Positions 29,820-39,015 of a DNA stretch of 64,000 bases are shown here, in pieces. The DNA lies in assembly GCA_903885605.1 (NCBI GenBank), contig CAISJD010000022.1, forward strand, positions 6,437 to 70,436, written 5' to 3'. Under the pieces are notes generated by a model that was given only the letters and a program-made list of their open reading frames with translations, had not been told where the DNA came from and made no database searches. Position numbers and translations under genes: made by a program. The DNA is from an uncultured Chthonomonas sp. GTDB lineage: Bacteria > Armatimonadota > Chthonomonadetes > Chthonomonadales > CAJBBX01. How positions within the stretch are numbered: the first letter of the stretch is position 1; every line of letters begins with the position of its first letter.

Positions 29820-32771
29820 ATGCAGTTCCTACGCTTCGCTGCTGCGGCGGCGGCCCTGGCCGCTGCGGCTTCGGCCACGGCAGGCACACGGCCCGCCGCC
29901 CTGCGCTGCGAGTACCTTGCCGACCCGCTCGCCATCGACCGGCCTGCGCCGCGCCTCGGCTGGCAGGTGGCCACCGACGCACCTTCCCTTCGTGGCCAGG
30001 CGCAGTCGGCCTACCGACTGCTGGTGGCCTCCTCGGCGGCGCGCCTGGCCGCCGGGCAGGGCGACCTGTGGGATACCGGTAAGGTCGACTCCGCGAGCAG
30101 CATCCAAATCCCCTACGGGGGCAAGCCCCTGTCCTCCTACGCCTCCTGCTGGTGGAAGGTGCGGATATGGGACGGCTCCGGCGCGCCCGGCGTCTGGAGC
30201 GCCCCCGCGCGCTGGTCCATGGGCATCCTGAAGCGCTCAGACTGGAAGGCCCAGTGGATCGGCTGCGACATCGACCGCAAGCGCGTCGAGAACCCGACCT
30301 ACCTGCCCGCGCCGCTCTTCCGCAAGGAGTTCACCCCAGCCGGGCGCATCAAGCGCGCGGTGATCTACGTCACGGCGGCGGGCCTCTACGAACTGATGCT
30401 GAACGGCAAGCGCGTGGGCGACGAGCAGCTGCGGCCGGGCTGGACCGAGTTCCAGAAGCGGGTCTACTACCAGGCGTATGACGTGACCTCCATGGTCCGA
30501 CCCGGCAAGCCCAACTGCCTGGGAGCCATGGTGGGCGACGGCTGGTACGGCCTGCACCACGGCGGACGTGGGCGATTGCGCCTGCTGGCCCAGCTCCGCA
30601 TGGAGTACGCCGACGGCACCACCGGCATGGTGGGCACCGACAACAGCTGGCGCACCAGCCAGGACGGCCCCATCCGTATGGCCGACATCTACAACGGCGA
30701 GGACTACGACGCACGCATGGAGATCGCCGGATGGGCGACGCCCGGATACGATGCCTCGCGATGGGTCCCGGTGGTCGGCGGCGCGCAGGCCCCCAGCGGC
30801 CGTTGGGATGACGTGACCGACAAGCTGCGCGAGCGGGTGCAGAACGGCGCGCTGAGCATGGGCGTCAACACTGACGCCCTGGGCGACCCGATCTACGGCG
30901 TGGTGAAGCAGCTCAAGGTGACCACCCGCCGCGGAACCCGCACCCGCACCGTCACGCTGGCTGAAGGACAGCAACTGAGCCTCAGCCCCATTGAGCCAAG
31001 CGCCATCGTTAAGGCCGAGTGGGGCGCCGAGACGCTCACATCCGACGTGTCTGCGGCCACGCTGCAGTCGCACCCCGGCTCGCCCGTGCGGCAGACCGGC
31101 ACGCTCAAGCCCGTCTCCATCAAGGAGCCCGCTCCGGGTGTCTATATCTACAACCTGGCACAGAACATGGTGGGCTGGGTCCGCCTCAAGGTAAAGGGCC
31201 CCGCCGGGACCAAGGTGACGCTCCGCTTCGCCGAGATGCTCAACCCCGACGGCACGCTCTACACCACCAACCTGCGCGGCGCCAAGTGCACCGACCACTA
31301 CACGCTGAAGGGCGGCGGAACCGAGATCTGGGAGCCCCGCTTCACCTTCCATGGCTTCCAGTACGTCGAGGTGACCGGCTATCCCGGCAAGCCGACGCTG
31401 GACGCGATCACCGGCATTGTGCTGAACTCCGACGCGCCCATGGTGGGCTCCTTCAGCACGCCCAACGCGCGGGTCAACCGGCTCTACAAGAACATCGTCT
31501 GGGGCCAGATGGGCAACTACCTGGAGGTCCCCACCGACTGCCCGCAGCGCGACGAGCGGATGGGCTGGAGCGGCGACGCCCAGGCCTTTATCGGCACGGG
31601 CCTCTACAACATGGACGCGGCGCCCTTCTTCACCGCCTGGCTCAACACGTTCAACGATAGCCAGAGCGCCGAGGGCGCCTACCCCGACGTCTCGCCCAAG
31701 GGCTGGGGCGTCTCGCCGGCGTGGGGCGACGCGGGCATCATCTGCCCCTGGACACTCTGGCGCACCTATGGCGACACGCAGGTCATCAAGGACCACTGGC
31801 CCGGCATGAAGCGCTGGATCGACTTCCTGAAAACCCGTAGCACGGGTCTCGTTCGCCCGGCCGAGGGCTACGGCGACTGGCTGAACGTGCAGGACGAGAT
31901 GCCCAAGGAGGTGATCTCCACGGGCTACTTCGCCTACGTCACCTCGCTTATGGCCGAGATGGCCGACGCCGTCGGCAAGAAGTCCGAGGCCGCCGAGTAC
32001 CGGGGCCTCTTCGCGCAGATCAAGGCTGCATACAACACCGCCTTCGTCAGCGCCGAAGGCCGCATCCGCGGCGACAACCAGTCGGGCTACCTGCAGGCGC
32101 TGGCGTTCGACCTCCTGCCCACCGAGAAGCGCAAGGTGGCCGCCGACCGGCTGGTGGAGCTGATCGCCAAGCGCGATGACCACTTCTCGGTAGGCTTCCT
32201 GGGCGTCAACATCGTGCTGCCGATCCTCACCGATATGGGCCATGAAGATCTGGCGTGGAAGCTCTTCCTCACCACCAGCTACCCCTCATTCCTCTATCCG
32301 GTGACGCAGGGCGCCACGACCATCTGGGAGCGCTGGGACGGCTGGCGGCACGACAAGGGCTTCCAAAACCCGGGCATGAACTCGTTCAACCACTACGCCT
32401 ACGGCTCCTGCGGGCGCTGGATGTTCAGCTACGCGGCGGGCATCGAGAGTGTGGAGCCCGGCTTCGGCAAGCTGCTGATCCGGCCGCATCCCAGCCGCGC
32501 CATCGGCTCGGTCAGCGCATCATACAACTCGCCGCGCGGGCCGGTGAAGTCAAGCTGGCGCATCAGCGGCGACAAGCTGAGCCTCAGCGTCACGCTGCCG
32601 CCCAACACCAGCGCGACGGTGCTGCTGCCCACAGTGGATACCGCCTCGATCCGCGAGGGAGGCAGAACACTCCAGGCGGCGGGCTTGAAGTCGCTGGGCC
32701 GGCAGGCGGGCTGCGTGGCCGTGTCGGTAGGATCCGGCACGTACCGGTTCACCTGCACCTACGGGAAGTAG
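29820..32771 (+). CDS. alpha-L-rhamnosidase (GH78)
   Basis: GGAG RBS and signal peptide MQFLRFAAAAAALAAAASA. LRCEYLADPLAIDRPAPRLGWQ is the canonical GH78 start. The catalytic region reads VPTDCPQRDERMGWSGDAQ, plus NSFNHYAYGS. Confidence 0.85.
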   Translation: MQFLRFAAAAAALAAAASATAGTRPAALRCEYLADPLAIDRPAPRLGWQVATDAPSLRGQAQSAYRLLVASSAARLAAGQGDLWDTGKVDSASSIQIPYGGKPLSSYASCWWKVRIWDGSGAPGVWSAPARWSMGILKRSDWKAQWIGCDIDRKRVENPTYLPAPLFRKEFTPAGRIKRAVIYVTAAGLYELMLNGKRVGDEQLRPGWTEFQKRVYYQAYDVTSMVRPGKPNCLGAMVGDGWYGLHHGGRGRLRLLAQLRMEYADGTTGMVGTDNSWRTSQDGPIRMADIYNGEDYDARMEIAGWATPGYDASRWVPVVGGAQAPSGRWDDVTDKLRERVQNGALSMGVNTDALGDPIYGVVKQLKVTTRRGTRTRTVTLAEGQQLSLSPIEPSAIVKAEWGAETLTSDVSAATLQSHPGSPVRQTGTLKPVSIKEPAPGVYIYNLAQNMVGWVRLKVKGPAGTKVTLRFAEMLNPDGTLYTTNLRGAKCTDHYTLKGGGTEIWEPRFTFHGFQYVEVTGYPGKPTLDAITGIVLNSDAPMVGSFSTPNARVNRLYKNIVWGQMGNYLEVPTDCPQRDERMGWSGDAQAFIGTGLYNMDAAPFFTAWLNTFNDSQSAEGAYPDVSPKGWGVSPAWGDAGIICPWTLWRTYGDTQVIKDHWPGMKRWIDFLKTRSTGLVRPAEGYGDWLNVQDEMPKEVISTGYFAYVTSLMAEMADAVGKKSEAAEYRGLFAQIKAAYNTAFVSAEGRIRGDNQSGYLQALAFDLLPTEKRKVAADRLVELIAKRDDHFSVGFLGVNIVLPILTDMGHEDLAWKLFLTTSYPSFLYPVTQGATTIWERWDGWRHDKGFQNPGMNSFNHYAYGSCGRWMFSYAAGIESVEPGFGKLLIRPHPSRAIGSVSASYNSPRGPVKSSWRISGDKLSLSVTLPPNTSATVLLPTVDTASIREGGRTLQAAGLKSLGRQAGCVAVSVGSGTYRFTCTYGK

Positions 32772-32925
32772 GACCGCCGACAGGGCTCGCCAGTGACGGA
32801 CGCCGCCGACAGCGGCCCTCCATGCGCGGGTCCGCGGCAGTCGTGAGAGCGCCGGCGCTCTCGGTACGGCCCGCGCCACCAAGGCGCGGGCCACTGAACC
32901 GCCGGCACGGCCGTGGCTGTGCGCA

Positions 32926-32953
32926 GGATACAGCTCCCCCTCCGGCGAACGTG
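32926..32953 (+). promoter_or_regulatory. promoter-like motif GGATAC-N16-AACGTG
   Basis: Lies in the 218-nt gap after the GH78 stop. It shares the 15-mer cctccggcgaacgtg with 40945-40959. An in-frame TTG (32960) lies 6 nt downstream. Confidence 0.3.
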
Positions 32954-32989
32954 ACGGTGTTGAAGATCGTCGAGGGGAGTTGGTCCGCC

Positions 32990-35900
32990 ATGCGTTGGGT
33001 ACTCATACTGCTGACCCTGGGTTGCTTCTCCTCCGTGCCGGCTTGGGCCGCTGACGGCCCGGCCCGGCCCGGCGCCTATGCCGTGCTGGACAGCTTCGAG
33101 GACAACTCCGGCGGCTGGGGAGCGGAACTGGGGCCCGATCCCGCGGTGCGCCGCAGCCGATCCGTCGCGTTCGACGGCCGCTGGTCGCTGGAGGTGACGC
33201 TCCGTAGCCAGCGCGTCGATATGGTGCGCGCCACCTGGGGCATGGATGTTTCCAACCTCCGGTTCAGCCCGGAGACGCGCCTGCGGTTCCGCATCCTGGG
33301 CAGCAAGTCGGGCGGCCCGGCGCACGGCGGCCTCATCCTCCGGGAGAGCGGCGGCGCCACCGACGGCGGCGACTCGCAGTGGATGGCTCCCATCCCCGGC
33401 AGCGTCTACCAGGGGCGCGGCTGGAGCCTCGTGGAGCTGCCGCCCCTGCGCGAGTGGACCCAGCCCGACTGGTCCGTGGACGCCGACGGCAAGCTCGACA
33501 CGGCCCGCATCGGCCGCATGGTCTTCGTCGCCCAGCACGAGAGCCGCGGCACGGCCACGCCCTTCACCTTCCACATGGACGCGCTTGAGGCGACCGATGT
33601 GGCGGCGCGCATCGGCACGCCGACCCTTGCCGGGGTGGAGACCTCGCCGGGCCCTGTCCGCCCGCCCCTGCGCGGATTCGTGGGCCGCCGCCGCGCGCAC
33701 CCGGCGCAGGTCACGTTCGACAACCTCTCGGGCTGGACCGCCACCGCGTTCGGCGAGATGGCCGTGCGGTTCGTCCGCTCGCCCGAGGAGCCGCTCTTCG
33801 GTAAGCCAACGGGCAAGCTGACCTACTCATCCAGCGACGGCACGGGCCGGATCGCGCTCACCCCTCCGCGGCCCATCGCGCTGCCTGCCCGGTGGAACGC
33901 CGTGCAGGCATGGATCTTCGGCAACAACTGGGACTGGATGCCCGACCCCACCACGCCGCAAGTCGAGATCGTACTGCTGGTTCGCGACCGGACGGGCGAG
34001 ACGCACCGCCTGCCCACGGGCCGCGTCAACTGGAAGTTCTGGGGCCTGCTTCACCGAACCGTTCCCCTGACCCCCGAGGCGGACCCAGGGCGCTCCTTCC
34101 AGGGCGGCGACCGCAACGGCCGGATCGACGGCCCCGCGGCGTTCGTGGGCCTCGAGATTCGGAACTGCGGCAACAAGGCCCCGCGCACGCTCTACCTCGA
34201 CTCGGTCGCCTTCTACACCGAGGCGCTGCCCCGAGTCGCCTTCGCGCCGCAGCCGCCCCTGCCGTTCCCCACGCGGCGCGACACCATCGTGCCACCGCCC
34301 CTGAGCCCCGTGTGGTTGTACGTTCGCCGCATCGACCGCTCCTTCGTCTTCGCCTCCTCCAGCGCACAGGGCGAGGTCGGCTACATCTACACGCCGCGCA
34401 CGGGCACGCTGGACGACCTGGAAGTGCGGTGTGGCCGGGCTCGCTTCCGGCCGGCGGCGGGTTGCGGGCCCATTTGGCTGGTAGCCGGCCAGGCGATCGA
34501 GCCCGACCGCCGCGACGTGCGCCGAACGCTCCTCTCGGCCGTCCTGGCGGGCGACACGTTGCGCACACGCTGGCGCTGGTCGCTCGGGGCCCGCTCGGTT
34601 GAGGTCGCGCTTTCGCTGCGAGCCGTGGGGCGTTCGCTGGTGCATAGCTGGTCCTGCTCGCGCCCGGAGATGGCCGGCCTGCGCCTGGGGCGCGCATCGG
34701 GGCTTGCCGCGGGCCGCTACATCCCGATCCCCTTCTACTCGCTCATGGGCGCGGGCGGCGCGGGCGCCGTGGCCGACAGCGGCGCCTTCGCCACCCACCT
34801 GCCGGACTGGTACGCCACCAACGCCTCTTGGTTCGAGGGGCGCGCCCTGCTGGAGACGCCGGCGGAGGTGGCCTACGCGGGATCGGTGACCTACCGCCCG
34901 CTCACCGACGGCACGCGCGTCCCGCTCAACGAGCGCTGCGTGCTCACCGTGTCGCCCCGGTTCGAGGAGGTGCTGCCCTGCATCCCGAACCCGCCGAGCC
35001 CCATGACCGCGCTGTTGCGTTCGCACATGTACACGCATCTGGGCGGCACCGCGCCGAACCGGTTCGAGGCCTGGCTGGCCCGTTTCCGCGAGTACAAGGC
35101 GTATGGCATCGACAACCTGATCGTCACGCAGCACGAGGACTCCTGGACCGAGGGCGCCGACGTGGGCCAGGGACCGCAGGAGTACACCATGACCGCCGAT
35201 GGCCCGCCCGACGCCGGCGGCGATGCGGGCATCCGGCGCTACTACGACGCCATGCGAGCCCTGGGATACCGGGTCGGCCCGTACAACAACTACTGCGACT
35301 ACTCGCCGCTGGGCCAGTCGTGGGATGAGGCCTACGTCACGCGGACGCCCGAGAACGAGTGGCAGCGCGCATGGCCGCCTACCTTCAGCATCAAGCCGAG
35401 CAAGGCGGTGGAGATGTCCGCGCTCTACGGCCCCCGGCAGGTGGCCAAGTTCGGCGTGAACGCCACCTACTGCGACGTGCATACGGCGGTGGCGCCCTGG
35501 GTCTATGTGGACTACCAGGCGGGACTGCCCGGCGCGGGCAAGCTCCGCACCACCTTCGAGGCCTATGGGCGGATCCTGGCCATGCAGCGCCGGACCTACG
35601 GCACGCCCTGCTTCTCCGAGGGAAGCCACCACGCGTTCTACGCGGGGCTCATCGACGGCAGCTACGGCCAGATGGGCCTGCCCGACCCGCCGCGGCAGCC
35701 GCTCCTGCTCGAGTTCGACCTGCTGCGGCTCCACCCGCAAGGGGCGGACCTCTCCATGCTCCCCGGCGAGGCCTGGGCTACGGGCCTCTATCACACCATG
35801 GCCACCACCATCGCGTACGGCCATGCGGGCTACTTCCCGGTGTCCGACCCCGCCTCCTCCCTGCGCTACTACCACCTGATGGGCGCCCTGCAGAGGCGGT

Positions 35901-36466
35901 ACATCCAGGAACCCGTGGCCGAGATCGCCTACTGGGACGGCGCACGGTTCCAGCAAGTATCGGAGGCGCTCATCACGGGCGCGAATCGGCGGGGCACGGT
36001 GCGGATCCGCTACCGCAACGGGCTCACCGTCTGGGTGAACCGCTCCGAGGCCGAGACATGGGAGGTCCCCGCGGGACAAGGCATCGTGCTGACGCCCTCC
36101 TCCTGGGCGGCCACGGGTCCCGACGGCTTCCTGACCTACTGCACCGAGGCGGGAGGCCGGCGCATCGGCTTCGTGCGCGACGGCGCCCTCCGGTTCGCCG
36201 ACGGCGGCGGCAAGGAGCAGGACTTCGGCGCGCTGGCGACCGCGGGCATGGTGGTCGTGCGCGGGGCTCCAGGCGCCGCCGAGGTGATCTTCGGCACGCC
36301 GGACACGCTGCGTGCAGACGCCGCGCTACTGGGCCGCGACGCGTCGTTCACCGTCCATGACGCATCGGGCGCGCAGATCGGGCGGGCGGCCGTCGCCTCG
36401 GAGCCGGATGGCATGGTGACGCTTCGGCCAATGCCCGGAGGCATCCGGTACCGGGCCGCGCCTTGA
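32990..36466 (+). CDS. large secreted hypothetical protein (about 1158 aa), possible glycoside-hydrolase-like C-terminal half
   Basis: GAGGGGAG RBS and signal peptide MRWVLILLTLGCFSSVPAWA. An alternative in-frame TTG start at 32960 is possible. I recognise no family. Confidence 0.6.
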   Translation: MRWVLILLTLGCFSSVPAWAADGPARPGAYAVLDSFEDNSGGWGAELGPDPAVRRSRSVAFDGRWSLEVTLRSQRVDMVRATWGMDVSNLRFSPETRLRFRILGSKSGGPAHGGLILRESGGATDGGDSQWMAPIPGSVYQGRGWSLVELPPLREWTQPDWSVDADGKLDTARIGRMVFVAQHESRGTATPFTFHMDALEATDVAARIGTPTLAGVETSPGPVRPPLRGFVGRRRAHPAQVTFDNLSGWTATAFGEMAVRFVRSPEEPLFGKPTGKLTYSSSDGTGRIALTPPRPIALPARWNAVQAWIFGNNWDWMPDPTTPQVEIVLLVRDRTGETHRLPTGRVNWKFWGLLHRTVPLTPEADPGRSFQGGDRNGRIDGPAAFVGLEIRNCGNKAPRTLYLDSVAFYTEALPRVAFAPQPPLPFPTRRDTIVPPPLSPVWLYVRRIDRSFVFASSSAQGEVGYIYTPRTGTLDDLEVRCGRARFRPAAGCGPIWLVAGQAIEPDRRDVRRTLLSAVLAGDTLRTRWRWSLGARSVEVALSLRAVGRSLVHSWSCSRPEMAGLRLGRASGLAAGRYIPIPFYSLMGAGGAGAVADSGAFATHLPDWYATNASWFEGRALLETPAEVAYAGSVTYRPLTDGTRVPLNERCVLTVSPRFEEVLPCIPNPPSPMTALLRSHMYTHLGGTAPNRFEAWLARFREYKAYGIDNLIVTQHEDSWTEGADVGQGPQEYTMTADGPPDAGGDAGIRRYYDAMRALGYRVGPYNNYCDYSPLGQSWDEAYVTRTPENEWQRAWPPTFSIKPSKAVEMSALYGPRQVAKFGVNATYCDVHTAVAPWVYVDYQAGLPGAGKLRTTFEAYGRILAMQRRTYGTPCFSEGSHHAFYAGLIDGSYGQMGLPDPPRQPLLLEFDLLRLHPQGADLSMLPGEAWATGLYHTMATTIAYGHAGYFPVSDPASSLRYYHLMGALQRRYIQEPVAEIAYWDGARFQQVSEALITGANRRGTVRIRYRNGLTVWVNRSEAETWEVPAGQGIVLTPSSWAATGPDGFLTYCTEAGGRRIGFVRDGALRFADGGGKEQDFGALATAGMVVVRGAPGAAEVIFGTPDTLRADAALLGRDASFTVHDASGAQIGRAAVASEPDGMVTLRPMPGGIRYRAAP

Positions 36467-36561
36467 TCGTTTGCGCCGGCGCCCGGTGGGGTGGCGATCG
36501 GCGTCCCATCGCGTCTGATGCGCTCGGACCGGTCGAACCTGACATCAAAGGAGTTGCCGCA

Positions 36562-39015
36562 GTGGCCTTCGCCGGCACCATCAACCTAGTCCGCCGATCA
36601 CGCTTTCGCATCCTGGCTGCCGTGCTTGCGTCCGCAGCCGCGCCTCTCTGGGCGGAGCCGTCGAAGCCGGTCGACGCTCCATCGATGCTCGCGCCCTGGC
36701 GAGCGGGGCTTGTATACGGCGAACGCAGCCGCACCGGTCCGCTGTTCATCAGCGTGGCGCGTGACGTCGGCGGGCCGTTCCCGTCAGTAGAGGGGCACTG
36801 GAGCCGCGACTGGGTGGGCGGCCGAAGGACCATCGAGACAAAGGGCGGCAGGACCATCGAACGCTGGCTCGGATATCGCCTCCCGGGCGACGGCGTGAAG
36901 GGCGACTTCGACGTCGAGGTCGAGTACACCGTGCGCAGGGGGCAGTGCGACGTGCGGACCTTCCTCACGAACCGGCTCAGCCTCGGCGTCTTCGACCTGC
37001 GCCATGTCTTCCGCGTATGCCCGGAGGCTGCGCCCACGCCGGGCCGAACCTATGTGCTCTTCGGCCTCGATGAGTGGGTCCGCGATCCCGTCGCGCTGCT
37101 TACGACCGACCGGGTTCAGCGCCTGCTGCCGACGTCCTCTACGGCGTATGTGGACGAAGGCGCAGGCCATGGGCTCTACCGCAACCGGTGCAGCCCACGG
37201 CCGATGATCTCGCTGCACTCCGAGCGGTTCGGCCTGATGGTCCACGACCTCGATCATGACAATGCAGCGCCCGGCTCCCTCCTGATCGGCTCCAACGACG
37301 GTGCGCTGGAGTTCGGATGGACCTACCGTGCGCCGGGCGAACACAAGCCGGCGAACGGGCGCAGGGGGGAGCGGACGCAGGTTGGCCCTGCCGTTCGGTT
37401 CGTCGCGTTGCCGACGAGGGCGGATCCGGAGAACGGCTGGTGGGATACGCTTCGGGCCTACAAAGCCCATGCAGCACGCGCGGGCCTTCTGCCGCGCTTG
37501 CAGATGAAGGACAGGAACGTCCCAGCAGGATGGGCTCGTGACAGCCTATCGCTTGTCGTCAACGTGGGCATGCCGGTGGCCGGCGACCCGCAGCGCCGCA
37601 TCGACCCGGGGCCGGCTGTCGAGACGATCCGGAAGATGGCGCGATTCTACCGGGCGAGCGGGCAGCGACGGTTCACCCCCATGCTTTGGGGCTGGTCCGC
37701 CGTCGGCCCTTACCGAGCCCCAGCCGGGTTCGACGCCCTCCTGGCCGGGCTCAAGGAGCTTGAGCGCGAACTGGACGTGGAGATTCGCCCGGCGGTCTAC
37801 CTGCACGGATGCATGCTCAGCAAGGCCGCCATCGGCACGCCCCTGGAGGCATGCCTGATGCGGGACCTGCGCGGCAAGCCGTTCACCTGGGGTGGCGATC
37901 TGTACAACGCCCACGCCGACCATCCTCTCTTCGTAGCGGAGATTGAGCGCACTGTGCGCGACATGGTGCGGCGCGGCGTTCGTGGCTTCTACTTCGATGC
38001 GCCGTTCGGCGAGGAGACACCGGACTACGGGCGCGATGGCGCGGATCGCGAGCACCATGTGGCCATACGCCGGATGCTGCAACGCGTAGCGCGGACCGTA
38101 AGCAGACTGGGTGGGGGCGTGATCAGCCACGAGGCGCAACGGCTCGGCCTTCCGGGGATGAAGGGCGCTGCGGGTCCGACGGTCTCCGGTGCGTACACCG
38201 TACCTTTCACCGAGGCGCTCTACCACGAGCTTGAGATACCGATCTTCTTCGGCGACCTGGCGGGGGTTCCGTACTCCCTCGCGGCTGCCGACGCACGCAT
38301 CACCGGCTCTGGCACCTACCAGTCGGACGATGACATTGTGCGGCTCGCCATAGAGGGGGCCGTCACCGGTCGCGCCGCCGTCATGTGCTTCGGCCTTGAT
38401 CGCCCGTACCACGAGATGGGCGACTCAGCCGGCTGGGCGGAGCGTGCCATGCACCGTATGGCCGCAGTGGCGATGTCGAACGGCCTGCGAGCGCGCCGCG
38501 AGCACCGCGAGCTCCGGACCGGCCGGATGCTGCCCTGCCCATCGCACGAGGCGACGGTGAACTCCGCCTATCTGCGGCCCTGGGTCTACGTTCAGAAGCC
38601 CGAGGGTGCTGCAGTGGAGATACAGAAGGACGCCATCGAAGTGCGTAGCGCTCGTGTTCCCGTGGCGTTCTATCAGGACACCGAGAGCCGCGGGCGCTAC
38701 CTGCTGGTGGTGGGCAACCCGACGCAACGCCCGATCACGATGCGCTTCACGCTGACGAGGCACGACCTGCCGGGCTGGGCAGGCAGCATGGACCGCATGC
38801 GGATCGAGAACGCCGACATCCTATCGCGCACAGGCTTGAGTGTCGAGATGTCGGTCCAGGTGCCGCCGAGTGACCTCGCGTGCGTAACGGTACGGGTCAG
38901 CGGGGAGTCGGGGACGGCGGGAGGCGGATGGGCCGGCGGCGCCGGGTACAACCGCATGGGCAATGTGCGATCGGACGCGGCGCTTAAGGAAGTGCCGAGG
39001 AGGAGTGGGCAGTGA
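36562..39015 (+). CDS. secreted hypothetical protein (about 818 aa)
   Basis: The start is GTG 36562, 8 nt after AAGGAG. The signal-like N-terminus is RSRFRILAAVLASAAAPLWA. No family recognised. It is in the same operon as its neighbours, with a GTGA overlap at the 3' end. Confidence 0.55.
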   Translation: MAFAGTINLVRRSRFRILAAVLASAAAPLWAEPSKPVDAPSMLAPWRAGLVYGERSRTGPLFISVARDVGGPFPSVEGHWSRDWVGGRRTIETKGGRTIERWLGYRLPGDGVKGDFDVEVEYTVRRGQCDVRTFLTNRLSLGVFDLRHVFRVCPEAAPTPGRTYVLFGLDEWVRDPVALLTTDRVQRLLPTSSTAYVDEGAGHGLYRNRCSPRPMISLHSERFGLMVHDLDHDNAAPGSLLIGSNDGALEFGWTYRAPGEHKPANGRRGERTQVGPAVRFVALPTRADPENGWWDTLRAYKAHAARAGLLPRLQMKDRNVPAGWARDSLSLVVNVGMPVAGDPQRRIDPGPAVETIRKMARFYRASGQRRFTPMLWGWSAVGPYRAPAGFDALLAGLKELERELDVEIRPAVYLHGCMLSKAAIGTPLEACLMRDLRGKPFTWGGDLYNAHADHPLFVAEIERTVRDMVRRGVRGFYFDAPFGEETPDYGRDGADREHHVAIRRMLQRVARTVSRLGGGVISHEAQRLGLPGMKGAAGPTVSGAYTVPFTEALYHELEIPIFFGDLAGVPYSLAAADARITGSGTYQSDDDIVRLAIEGAVTGRAAVMCFGLDRPYHEMGDSAGWAERAMHRMAAVAMSNGLRARREHRELRTGRMLPCPSHEATVNSAYLRPWVYVQKPEGAAVEIQKDAIEVRSARVPVAFYQDTESRGRYLLVVGNPTQRPITMRFTLTRHDLPGWAGSMDRMRIENADILSRTGLSVEMSVQVPPSDLACVTVRVSGESGTAGGGWAGGAGYNRMGNVRSDAALKEVPRRSGQ